Virus record (IMG/VR): IMGVR_UViG_3300010373_000054
Coordinates: 1 to 56,806 of that record
DNA length: 56,806 nt
Strand: one strand, 5' to 3'
Origin: a virus
Lineage: Duplodnaviria > Caudoviricetes
Under the pieces are notes generated by a model, which worked only from the letters and a program-made list of their open reading frames with translations, was not told the origin of the DNA and did no database searches. The position numbers and the translations under genes are program-made. Below are positions 46,471 through 56,294 of this stretch, in pieces (positions within the stretch are counted from its first letter, which is position 1; each line of letters opens with the position of its first letter).

Positions 46471-47475
46471 TTAAAATGCAGTTTCCTGAATTATTTTACG
46501 TGGATCGTCTAAGAACGATTTCAAAAGCTTCATCCCTGAACAATCTTTAACTGCAATGAAAACATGTGTTGGCATCTTTGGCGTATAAGCCTTAGCACCT
46601 GTCACATAAACAAAGTTCTCACTTTCTTCGAATGCAGTGTTACGAACGATGCAAATCTCATTAAGCTTAGGAACCTTGCTAACTTGAACCTTGTTTGTGG
46701 CTTTTGAGAAATCAACGATGCACTTGACAAATTGGGTAGGATAAAACACGTTCAATTCAACTCTCCCTTAACCTTAAAATTCCTCACGATTTTACCTTTA
46801 ACCCAACGATATTTTTCTGGCTCAAGCAAATCAGCCTTGATTGCAACGATCCTGCTAAAGTCTACAGTTTTCTTAGACTCGCCAACGTAGGCAAAACCAT
46901 CAATAACCCTAGACCATGATTGCTCAATCTTGTCGATATGATCTAGGAAATCGTCAGTATCTTTTGCGAAATGAATGAAGTCTGTCATTTCAATCCATCC
47001 ATAAAGATATCAAAAACCTCCATACAAAGAACTGTCTCACGATGAGGATTTTTTATATATTCGGGGTTTTGTGAGTATGTAGGATCGTACAAAAATAAAC
47101 GGTTATCCCATTTGAAAATGAATTGCTGTTTTTCAGGGTGGCGAAATACAGTATAAATATCTTTTCCTAGATACTGCCGTTCATCACTCTTACGAACATA
47201 TTCAAGATAATGGATTGTATCTTTGTTAAACATTACAGTGCAAGTCATTATTCATCCCACTTCTTGATAATAGTTGTAAATTCAGACCATTCTGAAGGCG
47301 TTCCGATTGCTCCAAAACAAGCTTCTTCAGCATCATATTCCACAACGCCACGATTACTTACACTACATCCCCAAACAGTTGCATCATACATGATAGTATC
47401 TCCAACTTGGATTTCCCTTCCAAGGCTATCACGAATACCGATCCAGTTTCCTTTATCCCATACATTGCTAGGCAT
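46471..47475 (-). other. small early genes (46471-46755, 46752-46988, 46985-47248, 47248-47475 YopX-like)
   Basis: overlapping ORFs; 'GIRDSLGREIQVGD' YopX-like motif in the last. Confidence 0.6.
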
Positions 47476-47504
47476 TTCTAATTCTCCTTCGTTTGATTTA
47501 CCAC

Positions 47505-47571
47505 ACCTAACCATAATCAATAAGCCATGTCAAACGAAAAAAAGCGCCATCCGGTTAAGGACAGCGCTTTT
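47505..47571 (-). promoter_or_regulatory. terminator + early promoter unit
   Basis: AGCGCTGTCC...GGATGGCGCT plus T-run, then TTGACA at 47528-47533. Confidence 0.65.
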
Positions 47572-47574
47572 AAT

Positions 47575-48921
47575 TTATTCTGGCAACTCTTCAAAAAATT
47601 CAACACTCAGAAAAGAAGGAAAGCTTGAATAAGCCGTTGTGTTAATTGCACTTCCATTATTATGATAAGCATCAATTGTAAAAGTTTGACCGCCAACAAC
47701 ACCATGGCAACCAGTAGAAAGGTTTAGCACTGGTCTGCTAAAAGTACCATATCCATTGTTAGAAACACTAGCAATATATGAGCCATTGTATTTAACACCC
47801 AACCAAGCGAGCTTATCTAAACCAATAGCATCAAATGTTAATTGAGCCGTGACTCGCATTCTCTTAGCCCATGAAGGAACTGTAAAGGTTGCGCCGTTCC
47901 TAATACTGAAATCATCAAAACCATTACCGCTAAAAATATTAAGCGTTGTATAGCTTCCATTAGCAAGGCTTTGCACCGATCCAGCAATACGATAAAAAGC
48001 TTGAACTGGTTGACTAATACGATTTCTTGAACTGTAAAGCCTTGGAGGCTTGTTATTCACTTCATCCCAATCTGGAGTATAGTTTTCAGGTTTTGCACCT
48101 ACGTCAGAAGCGTTAATTGAAACTGCGCCAACTTGACCATTAACAGATTGAACGGGAGAACTTGGCAATACAACAGCGCCCGTCATTCCATTTACAGAAG
48201 TAACAGATTCATGAACGCCGATTCTTTGCCATGTGCCACCGGCATACATAACCCAATCACCAACCTGAAAAACGTATTCACCGTTGCCGAAATTATAAGA
48301 GCCTGCAACGCTTACTTTGTAGAAATTTCCAACAACTCCAGAGCCATCAAGAAGCGCTGGAGTGTTAGTGTCAGCATTCCAAGCGCCTTTAAATTCTAGC
48401 CCTGAAACGTTAAGTTCGTTCATAGGAACAACGCCAGAAGCGTCAAGACTTGCGAGTCCATTAGGCTTTCCGCGAAGATCAGTAATTCTATTCCCAATAG
48501 TTGTGTTCAGCACGAGAGAACTAATAAGCTCTCCAGTAGTGCTAACTTTACCATCAGCAACAGATTGTAGCATATTGCTATAAGATTCACCTTCTTCAAC
48601 TTGAACCCATTCTACGCCTGTAGAAGTCTTCTTAAGAATTTGTCCTGCAGAACCCCCTGAAGGGATAAGTCTGTCTTCAGTTGGCAATTCAGGAATGTCA
48701 TCAGCCCCAATTGCCCCAATTGCTTCTCTAGCTTCAGCTTGAGTTTCGCCAAAAGAAATAACTGAAGGCTTGTTTTGAATATCATCCCAATCCATAGTAA
48801 TTGGGGAACCATCTCCATCAAACGGCATTCGTTCGTAAGTTCCATCGCTCTTTTTTAGCCAAAGTTCGTCAACAACTTGCGGATGGATTAATTTAGTATA
48901 AGTATGCGGCAACTCTGCCAT
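47575..48921 (-). CDS. fibre-like structural protein (head or accessory tail fibre)
   Basis: WDDIQNKP repeats, 'GLASLDASG', 'FKGAWNA', VTSVNG/VQSVNG repeats, beta-rich C-terminal domain. Confidence 0.7.
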   Translation of the reverse strand: MAELPHTYTKLIHPQVVDELWLKKSDGTYERMPFDGDGSPITMDWDDIQNKPSVISFGETQAEAREAIGAIGADDIPELPTEDRLIPSGGSAGQILKKTSTGVEWVQVEEGESYSNMLQSVADGKVSTTGELISSLVLNTTIGNRITDLRGKPNGLASLDASGVVPMNELNVSGLEFKGAWNADTNTPALLDGSGVVGNFYKVSVAGSYNFGNGEYVFQVGDWVMYAGGTWQRIGVHESVTSVNGMTGAVVLPSSPVQSVNGQVGAVSINASDVGAKPENYTPDWDEVNNKPPRLYSSRNRISQPVQAFYRIAGSVQSLANGSYTTLNIFSGNGFDDFSIRNGATFTVPSWAKRMRVTAQLTFDAIGLDKLAWLGVKYNGSYIASVSNNGYGTFSRPVLNLSTGCHGVVGGQTFTIDAYHNNGSAINTTAYSSFPSFLSVEFFEELPE

Positions 48922-48952
48922 TAAAAACTCCCATTATTATTTGCGCAAATAA

Positions 48953-49071
48953 AAGAAAACCCCGCACCAAAGATGCAGGGTCTTTTTACTTATAACATAA
49001 TGAGTCTTAAAAGTCAATTAAATTTATACGCATTAGCGTATTGATTTTAATTATACGTTGTTGCGTATAAA
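48953..49071 (-). promoter_or_regulatory. tandem palindromic operators, promoter and leader terminator of fibre gene
   Basis: ATACG-N6-CGTAT x2; TTGACT-N17-TATAAG; GACCCTGCATC-TTT-GGTGCGGGGTT-TTCTTTT. Confidence 0.55.
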
Positions 49072-49077
49072 CAATGC

Positions 49078-49338
49078 TTAGTCGTTTTCAAAATCGAATT
49101 GTTCCTTGTAAGAAAGGTACGTAAGATATGCATTAATAACTGATTTATCGTAGCTATTCCATCGCGCTACATCTTCTTCGCCACCCTGTTCGGAAAGGCA
49201 ATAAATAGCGCCTTCTTCAAAGTCAACATTATCCAGAACAAGAACAACTTCTTCAAGGCTAAGGCTTTTCCACTCATCACGAGCTTCATAATCTTCATCA
49301 GCAGACCGGAAGATATCGATAAAATACTTCTTAGACAT
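49078..49338 (-). CDS. hypothetical protein
   Basis: acidic ORF overlapping upstream stop. Confidence 0.6.
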   Translation of the reverse strand: MSKKYFIDIFRSADEDYEARDEWKSLSLEEVVLVLDNVDFEEGAIYCLSEQGGEEDVARWNSYDKSVINAYLTYLSYKEQFDFEND

Positions 49339-49900
49339 TCTTTAGTTCCTTTTCCTTTTCAACAATTGCATTCCAAGTGACAATGAAACCCTGCTTCAAG
49401 ATTCTGAAATCAGACGGATCACCTTCAACCTTACGCCCAAATGGTTCAAAGTCAACATAACTTTCGCCCCAAAATGAAATCATTTCATCAGCTAGGATTC
49501 GGTTATCATATTCTTTGACAATATCAAGCTTCTCTCCCAAGCCAAAGAAATTGAAAATGTGAGCATCAACACACTTTTCAACTTCCATATATTCAGGCAT
49601 AAGGCGCTTGATAGGTCGCATAAGGTCAGTAAGATAAGCCTCACCAGCATCATGCATAAGAATTTGCTTCATTACTCGAATGTGATCAAGTGTAACAAGC
49701 TTTACATCGTATAGGCCATGATCAAGAACATATTGATCAAGCATACCTAAAGTATGATTTGCAACCGAATACATGACAGGAACATGACCACCATAACGAC
49801 ACTGAAGGCTTAGAGAATGAGCAATAGACTCAACATCTAAAACGTTTGATTCAATGTCGTCATAATTGAAGATTCCGTTTAGTGTTTTAATATAGTTCAA
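49331..49900 (-). CDS. HD-domain 5'-deoxynucleotidase (YfbR/YfdR-like)
   Basis: 'IAHSLSLQCRYGGH..YSVANH', 'LMHDAGEAYLTD', 'DNRILADE'; probable TTG start. Confidence 0.85.
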   Translation of the reverse strand: MNYIKTLNGIFNYDDIESNVLDVESIAHSLSLQCRYGGHVPVMYSVANHTLGMLDQYVLDHGLYDVKLVTLDHIRVMKQILMHDAGEAYLTDLMRPIKRLMPEYMEVEKCVDAHIFNFFGLGEKLDIVKEYDNRILADEMISFWGESYVDFEPFGRKVEGDPSDFRILKQGFIVTWNAIVEKEKELKNV

Positions 49901-50628
49901 TTGTAATCCTTTCCACTTGTTCATTAATTTCGTCACGCTTGATGCATTGCAACATCCAAAAATCATCAACCTTGATATAGAAGTGATAAAAATCAGGATC
50001 GCCAAGATATTCAAGCGTATAAATAGTGTCGCTGTTTACATTTTCGTGAAACAAATCAAGCGCTTCAGGACGAATCCTAAACTTATCTCCGAATTCCCAT
50101 TCCATATTAAACCCTTACCATCCAGTATGATTTTCCAATTGCTTTTGTCGCCTCCTGTAGCGTCTCATAAAAATCGCTAAGATAATCAAGAACATCTTCA
50201 GGCTTCTTTATCCAACATTGCCATGTTTTAATCATTGTTCCTTTTCTGTCTCTTTGTTCATAGACGGCTGAATATGCACCATCATGCTCAATCAATCCGA
50301 AATGCTCGCTGTTGACTTTATTGAATTCATAATTTTCAGACTTGTAAGTTATACGCATTAGCCAATCACCTTATAATTCCATTCAATCCAATCGATCATA
50401 TCAAACTCCCCTTCCATTAATGACAAAAAATGTATCTCGAATGTCGTTAACCTGAATCCGAAACTTCTCTTCGTTCTTCTGAACGTTTAGCGCAAGATCG
50501 TAAGGCGAGTATCCGGCAGCTTTTTCTTTAAGTTTCTTAGCATTGTCTTCCTTAGCATTACGGTATTCATCTAGCAAGTCTAAATGCTCATCGAATTCAC
50601 TTTTGCTAACTATTTTATTTAAACCCAT
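49887..50628 (-). other. small hypothetical genes (49887-50105, 50107-50358, 50401-50628)
   Basis: in-operon ORFs. Confidence 0.55.
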
Positions 50629-51103
50629 ATTTTATTTCTCCTTCCTCTCTAGCTTTAATAGCTTCTTCTTTGGCATTGAATCTGCCTAAATGTATCATTT
50701 TTCTATTTACTGTTATAGTGGCGACCCACTTCTTTCTTTTTGTATCAAAATGAACGCCCGTAAATCCACTTTTGTTATTAGTGCTAATGTTACAATTTCT
50801 ACCATTTACGATAGCAGAAACGTCCCTTAGATTTTCGATTCTGTTATCATCCCTCTTTCTATTAATATGGTCTACATATTTAGGAATGTAACCAAATTCA
50901 TATAAGAAGGCCCATCTGTGCGCAAAATCAACAATATTATTTATTTTTATAGAAATATAGCCACTTGTTTTAGACAAGTGTCCAGCTTCCTTCCCTACGA
51001 ACTTTGATATAAATTCTTTGCGCCTTGATTTATTATATATCCAGAAGAATTTTCCCGTATCTTTATCGTAAAGAATCCAAGTTTTCAATTCTTCTCTTGT
51101 CAT
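50615..51103 (-). CDS. HNH endonuclease with AP2 domain
   Basis: 'AHRWAF', 'VDHINRKRDDNRIENLR', AP2 'SGFTGV...KWVATI...HLGRF'. Confidence 0.9.
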   Translation of the reverse strand: MTREELKTWILYDKDTGKFFWIYNKSRRKEFISKFVGKEAGHLSKTSGYISIKINNIVDFAHRWAFLYEFGYIPKYVDHINRKRDDNRIENLRDVSAIVNGRNCNISTNNKSGFTGVHFDTKRKKWVATITVNRKMIHLGRFNAKEEAIKAREEGEIKYGFK

Positions 51104-51306
51104 TTTCCTACCAACTCCTTAAAAGTCTTCTTAATTTCTGTGGTAATTTCTCCAAACACTTTAGAAACTTCTTCCCAAATATCGCTACGAAGTACATCAA
51201 TTACGATTTGAATAATTGCAACTCCAACCATAACAATGTAAATGAAAGGAAGCCATAAAAGCTTAATCAATGGCTTTCGCATAAATTTCTTAAAGTTCGT
51301 CATCAA
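51100..51306 (-). CDS. small TM protein
   Basis: hydrophobic stretch LLWLPFIYIVMVGVAII. Confidence 0.55.
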   Translation of the reverse strand: MMTNFKKFMRKPLIKLLWLPFIYIVMVGVAIIQIVIDVLRSDIWEEVSKVFGEITTEIKKTFKELVGK

Positions 51307-51556
51307 GATAATCCTTCAAATCACTAAAGCCACCAATCAAAAGCGCTTGTTTGTTTGGCAATACACCAATTTCAAAAATCAATGGAAAAGATTTCCATCC
51401 ATGATCAAAAAATAATTCTATAATTCTTTGATCGTTGGGATCATCAGGGTTGTAGTTGAGCTCTTCTATATAGAACCCATAAGACTTAAGCAAAGCCTTG
51501 GCGTTGACGCAATGCGGACAACCGTCCTTTGTGTAGATTCTAAAATGTCTCATCAT
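51290..51556 (-). CDS. glutaredoxin
   Basis: 'IYTKDGCPHCVNAK', 'SFPLIF', 'IGGFSDL'. Confidence 0.9.
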   Translation of the reverse strand: MMRHFRIYTKDGCPHCVNAKALLKSYGFYIEELNYNPDDPNDQRIIELFFDHGWKSFPLIFEIGVLPNKQALLIGGFSDLKDYLDDEL

Positions 51557-51628
51557 ACAACCTTCAAAACAAGGATCAAAGTTAGGAGTGTCAGCCATGA
51601 GGCAAGCAATCCATCGAATTTATAAGAA

Positions 51629-51841
51629 TTACTCTTTATTACATGTGTAAACTTTTTTATCAATTAGAACCACTCCTACCTTATCGCACATATTTTTAAA
51701 TGAATCGTTCGCCTCCACCTTGCCAGTGACATAACCACCACCAGAAAGAATTATTGTAACCAAAGCAGTTGTAACGATCAACCAAATTTTATTAGACGTT
51801 GTCTTATTCAATTTACTTCTTCTTATTGCAGAATTTTTCAA
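51629..51841 (-). CDS. small membrane protein (start uncertain)
   Basis: TM segment, C-terminal Cys pair. Confidence 0.55.
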   Translation of the reverse strand: MKNSAIRRSKLNKTTSNKIWLIVTTALVTIILSGGGYVTGKVEANDSFKNMCDKVGVVLIDKKVYTCNKE

Positions 51842-52121
51842 GCCCCGAATTCTTCAATTTGATCAACTGAAGATCGTTGTTAAAGTCAACCCAAAAGTGC
51901 AGTTCATTCATATCGAAACCATCTTTGGATTTTAGGTAAGCAACACGCGCCTTAGCTACATCGCCAGCGCCAGCATCATAACCACTAACACCGCGACACA
52001 TTACATTATGCGTCATGTTCTTAGAAATAATCTCTCCTTCAGCCTTGTAGTCGATCTTGCCGGACAAATTACATCCGGCAAGAATTGGAAGGGAAATAAG
52101 AGCGATTAGAAGATTTTTCAT
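51813..52121 (-). CDS. lipoprotein
   Basis: MKNLLIALISLPILAG-C lipobox. Confidence 0.75.
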   Translation of the reverse strand: MKNLLIALISLPILAGCNLSGKIDYKAEGEIISKNMTHNVMCRGVSGYDAGAGDVAKARVAYLKSKDGFDMNELHFWVDFNNDLQLIKLKNSGLEKFCNKKK

Positions 52122-52273
52122 TTAGATTGCTCCTGCAAACGCTGCAACGATTAGAACCATTGAAACCAAGATAACACCAAGAGAAACCATTTTCAAGAAG
52201 TCTTTTGCGATATCCCCAATCATTGAAGTCTTTTCACCTTCTTCAATGTACTGTTCCCAATATTTCCTATCCA

Positions 52274-54523
52274 TCACACTACGCTTTCATCTTCGTTCAA
52301 AATTTGATTTGGCTGTTTAACAAACTCTTTTAGCTTGTTCGTTAATTCCTTATCGCACAATCCGCTTGTCATTTCAACAGCTTTTTTGTTCAAAAGGAAA
52401 TAAGTTAGATGTGATTTGTAACTGATACGAGACTTCAATCCCAAATCCTTAGCATCAACCAAACCAGACTCACCAAACAGCTTCCTAATCTGCAATGGCG
52501 TTTCATAAACCTTGCTCTTAGTAGACTGTTCAATCCACTCAATCACATGTGTCAAACTCAACACAATAGGATTCTTATCATCGCGAACCATTCCCGAAAG
52601 TTCTTCAATCCTCTGATGAGCCTTAGACTGAGAAGCTTCAATAATTTCATACTTGCGTTCTGTTTCAGGCGCTCGCTCACCGCGCTTAACATAATCCCCA
52701 TAGTCAAGGCACCATTGAGCAATGATAGAATAACCTCCCGAAGAAAGCCAGTTATGAAACTCGTGCCATTTATCATCAGGCCAACGTTCTTCAGTGACAG
52801 TAGGTGCAAAGATACGTCTGTCTTGTGCGTCAATTCTCAAGGCCGCTAACGAATTAGAAAACATGAGGAAGTGCGCCCAATTAGAAATGTCAATAGGGTC
52901 ACGGTGCATCTTACGAAGCGTAATCAAAGGCTCTGAAATCAAATCCTTTAGCTTCGTAAACATTTTCCATGACTGCCCCTGATAAATTTCATTGACTACA
53001 ACCAAACGTTTTTGCGCAATCCAGCTATTGAATTCACCAGCAATAACTTGCTCACTAGGGAAAGAAGCATTGTGGCGTCCTGCCAGTTCTGCGACAATTT
53101 GACCTAGTGTAGATTTGCCCGTTCCTGTTTGTGTAGAAATCAACAAAGGCGACCAAATCATACGAATTTCAGGGTGAGCATAGAGAGTTGCAACCCAACG
53201 CAACAAATGTTCACGTTCTTCCTGTTTTGGAATCAACTGTTCAACGAATTCAAGCCACGGCTTGGGATCACCATATTGTGGTTTGATAGATGATGGATTG
53301 TAAAGATTGATCACCGCCTTACCATTAACAATAATCCTTCGCTTCTTTGTTGCTGGAGAATAATCAAAGGACGTAATACGACCGTTGAAGTTCTGTAAAA
53401 TAAGTTCGCTAACCTTTCTTGTGTCAGAAAATGGACGCAAAACATTATCAATAGTCTCTGCACTATAAGACAAGTGCGGCATATCCAAGTAACAGAATGA
53501 TCCTGTTTCTTCAACCCACTGATAAAGGTTCTTGGCATGTGAACGAAGAACGGGAACAGTCTTTTCCTTCTTTCCGTCTGGCACCACGATCAAATCAGTC
53601 ATGTAAGTTGCTGGATATGTGCAATCATCAAAGCTAGGGCCAATATAATATTTACGGCTGTCAATCTCCTTAAAGAATACAGGAGGGAAAGGGTCAAACA
53701 AATCAGCGCTTGCAGGCCATTCCTGACTAAATTCAATAGCATGTGTCACACAACGCAAAGCTTTTGCGATCTGTGGCAATGCAGCACGCCCCGGTTCATC
53801 ATTATCTAGAGCAACATAAGCCTTAACAATACCGTTATTCTTAATAGCGCTCCAGTCAGTTCTTGCAGGAGACAATGCACCAGAAGCCCAACCTACAACA
53901 GTAAAAGCTTTTAGTTTGTCGCCCCAAGGATGATTTTCCAAGGCTTGACGAGCTTCAGCAGTTTCACCATCAATCATCCATTGAACGAAACGTGCCGTCT
54001 TTGCACCTTCAACGATCAAGACATATGGGCTTTTCTTGATATGCTCTAGTCCGAAAAGAGGTAGCTTTTCCCCCGGCTCTGCAAATCGGTACTTGCCATC
54101 AGACCATTTGGAAATAGGTACGTATTTCTTTCCCTTTCTGTCATCAATGCGCAACTGAAGCATAACGACATTCTTGTTTTCGTCACGATAAACGAATTTG
54201 TTTTCATCTGTGGCGTTCAACCACATACTAGGCAAAGACTTATCGTTAACATCTTCAATGAAGACGGCTTCAGGCCATTGAATGCCACCGAATTCATTCT
54301 TGATTAGTGTTGCTTCTTCTCCAGTTGGATTGATAAGCGGGTTATTTTCAGGAGTGACGGTAATGTCACCCTCTTTCGTGAACTTAATAACATGAGTATC
54401 GCGCCAATATCCGGCTGATCCTTCTTCCTTGATAACCGCGACAAGCAGAGAACGACTTTCGGCTCCAATGCGGTCAAGATACTTCTTTACTGATGGAATT
54501 GATTCCAAATTTTCAAACTGCAT
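52274..54523 (-). CDS. primase-helicase (TOPRIM + SF3/DUF5906 helicase)
   Basis: 'IVEGAKT' and 'LDNDEPG' TOPRIM; 'QTGTGKST' Walker A, 'VVVNE', 'FSN...DRR'. Confidence 0.9.
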   Translation of the reverse strand: MQFENLESIPSVKKYLDRIGAESRSLLVAVIKEEGSAGYWRDTHVIKFTKEGDITVTPENNPLINPTGEEATLIKNEFGGIQWPEAVFIEDVNDKSLPSMWLNATDENKFVYRDENKNVVMLQLRIDDRKGKKYVPISKWSDGKYRFAEPGEKLPLFGLEHIKKSPYVLIVEGAKTARFVQWMIDGETAEARQALENHPWGDKLKAFTVVGWASGALSPARTDWSAIKNNGIVKAYVALDNDEPGRAALPQIAKALRCVTHAIEFSQEWPASADLFDPFPPVFFKEIDSRKYYIGPSFDDCTYPATYMTDLIVVPDGKKEKTVPVLRSHAKNLYQWVEETGSFCYLDMPHLSYSAETIDNVLRPFSDTRKVSELILQNFNGRITSFDYSPATKKRRIIVNGKAVINLYNPSSIKPQYGDPKPWLEFVEQLIPKQEEREHLLRWVATLYAHPEIRMIWSPLLISTQTGTGKSTLGQIVAELAGRHNASFPSEQVIAGEFNSWIAQKRLVVVNEIYQGQSWKMFTKLKDLISEPLITLRKMHRDPIDISNWAHFLMFSNSLAALRIDAQDRRIFAPTVTEERWPDDKWHEFHNWLSSGGYSIIAQWCLDYGDYVKRGERAPETERKYEIIEASQSKAHQRIEELSGMVRDDKNPIVLSLTHVIEWIEQSTKSKVYETPLQIRKLFGESGLVDAKDLGLKSRISYKSHLTYFLLNKKAVEMTSGLCDKELTNKLKEFVKQPNQILNEDESVV

Positions 54524-54544
54524 TTAATTCCCTTTACATGCAAA

Positions 54545-54597
54545 TAAGCAGGCCATTTTTCAACGACCTGCTTACACGGTTAATTGTTACAAGTCAA
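54545..54597 (-). promoter_or_regulatory. GAAA-capped hairpin overlapping primase promoter
   Basis: TAAGCAGGTCGTT-GAAA-AATGGCCTGCTTA; TTGACT-N17-TAAGCA. Confidence 0.55.
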
Positions 54598-54893
54598 GAG
54601 TTGAATTCTACCAAGGCTCTTTTAAGAGATTGGACAAGATTAAGACCATGACAGTCAATTATCGTTTCTCCTTCACCAGAAACGCTGTTGAATTCAGACC
54701 AAAATTCAAGCGCAGTCGCATCAGGAGAAGCATAAAATTTCTTTGACATTACTATTTCATTTATTTCACAACATAACTCAATTGTGTAAACTTCTTCAAA
54801 CTGATTCTTATCATACTCGCAGTCTACCTTGAATAGAACCTTGATTCCTTCATATTCTCGAACTTCGAAAATTCCACTATCTTTAAAATCCAT
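54594..54893 (-). CDS. hypothetical protein
   Basis: in-operon ORF with SD. Confidence 0.6.
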   Translation of the reverse strand: MDFKDSGIFEVREYEGIKVLFKVDCEYDKNQFEEVYTIELCCEINEIVMSKKFYASPDATALEFWSEFNSVSGEGETIIDCHGLNLVQSLKRALVEFNS

Positions 54894-54894
54894 C

Positions 54895-55500
54895 TCAATT
54901 ACCCCTTTCTTCAACCATAGCCTTAAACAAGATGAGATATACAATCATATCATCGGCACGACCTGAAATGCTTTCAAGTCGCTCACGCTTCTTACCTGAA
55001 CGAACGTCTTTGACGTATTGCTGAATTGCATCCCAATGCTTGCCAGCATATACAGACCAAATATCTTCCATCGTAAGTTCAAGATTTTTTGCATTGCGGC
55101 GGAAGTTGGCAAGACGATCTACATCACCGGCATATTCTCCTCCCTTCTTTTCAGAAAGTTCATTAATCTGTTCGACCGTTTGGTTGACGATTTCCTGATA
55201 GCGTTCATGAGAGAATTTCTTTTGTTCTACCAATTCACCGCCAATTTTAATATGATCACTAACAGAAGGGAGAGAGTTTAGATCGATCTTTACTTTTGAC
55301 CAAGTATCTTCTCGTGGATCGTAAACGGGAACTGAATCTACCTTTTCAACATCAGTAAAGAAAAGAAGTCCAGAACTTTCATCAATAACGTAAACACCAT
55401 CATAATCATCGGAAAGCGATTTTACTTCCTGAATTGACCCTTTTGGAAAGCGGTCATCATCGTCATTCAGCACACGAACTTTATCACCAACATTAAACAT
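54895..55500 (-). CDS. SH3-like N-domain + DUF1599-like (nucleotide-modification-associated) domain
   Basis: 'FNVGDKVRV' N-terminus; 'KKGGEYA...LANFRR', 'DDMIVYLIL'. Confidence 0.6.
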   Translation of the reverse strand: MFNVGDKVRVLNDDDDRFPKGSIQEVKSLSDDYDGVYVIDESSGLLFFTDVEKVDSVPVYDPREDTWSKVKIDLNSLPSVSDHIKIGGELVEQKKFSHERYQEIVNQTVEQINELSEKKGGEYAGDVDRLANFRRNAKNLELTMEDIWSVYAGKHWDAIQQYVKDVRSGKKRERLESISGRADDMIVYLILFKAMVEERGN

Positions 55501-56294
55501 TAAAACTTCCTTTCAACTAGAGAATCATAACTTACAGGGAACAAAGGCTTAATGATATCACCACAAAGCTTTGCAACGTATTGTGTTTCTTTTTGAGCAT
55601 CGCTTGCCAATCTATGACGCAATACCTTAGCCCATGCTCCAAACGTACCAGACCACCGCCATTCAGTCAATAGATTGAGAGGCAATAGCCCACGCGCTTG
55701 TTCTTCACAAAGACCAGCAGACAAGGCATTCTGATAATCATAAAAAGCTTGTTTTGAATTCGTATCAAAGATTGTTTCAAGAACAAGCTTCATGTCACCT
55801 TCAATTGGATCACCGCTGCCTTGCTTCTTATCACGAACTTTAGAGCGGAATTCTTCAGGCTTAAAGAATGAATCTTCCTTGAATTCGATATAGCGTCCGC
55901 TCATTTCATTCCATGGCATGTATTCATGCTTCACAAGCTGACGTGCAACAAAGATAGGGGCTTTGACATGCAAAGAGATAAAGCTATGATTGAATGGCGA
56001 ACGATGTTCTGCAATATCGCGCCACTGCCATAGAACATTGCTAATGCTTTCTGCGTCACAATGTTCCAATTCGTGAAGAAATGTTTCCCAATCATCGGAC
56101 GTAATTCCTCGTGCAAGGAATTGGAGCAATCGCTTATCGGAATCCTTTAGAGACTTTACCATATCTCGTGTAATCTTATTTGGATTTGGAATCCACTGCC
56201 AATCACTTTCACGACCAAATGAGACACGCGCTGCATTTACGTGTTCCAAATCAGAACCGAAATGACCTTTGTATGTTACTTCAATTCCCTGCAT
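55500..56294 (-). CDS. thyX: FAD-dependent thymidylate synthase
   Basis: 'VNAARVSF', 'HRSPF', 'APIFVARQLVKH', 'NEMSGRY', 'EQARGLLP', 'AQKET'. Confidence 0.95.
   Translation of the reverse strand: MQGIEVTYKGHFGSDLEHVNAARVSFGRESDWQWIPNPNKITRDMVKSLKDSDKRLLQFLARGITSDDWETFLHELEHCDAESISNVLWQWRDIAEHRSPFNHSFISLHVKAPIFVARQLVKHEYMPWNEMSGRYIEFKEDSFFKPEEFRSKVRDKKQGSGDPIEGDMKLVLETIFDTNSKQAFYDYQNALSAGLCEEQARGLLPLNLLTEWRWSGTFGAWAKVLRHRLASDAQKETQYVAKLCGDIIKPLFPVSYDSLVERKF

Noticed and set aside
50349-50362. 14-bp match (TTATACGCATTAGC) to the fibre-gene operator
   Set aside because: Lacks the second half-site and overlaps a start codon; may be chance
50615-51103. Target duplication around the HNH-AP2 gene, as at the endolysin
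   Set aside because: No duplicated flanking coding segment found; it simply overlaps its neighbours
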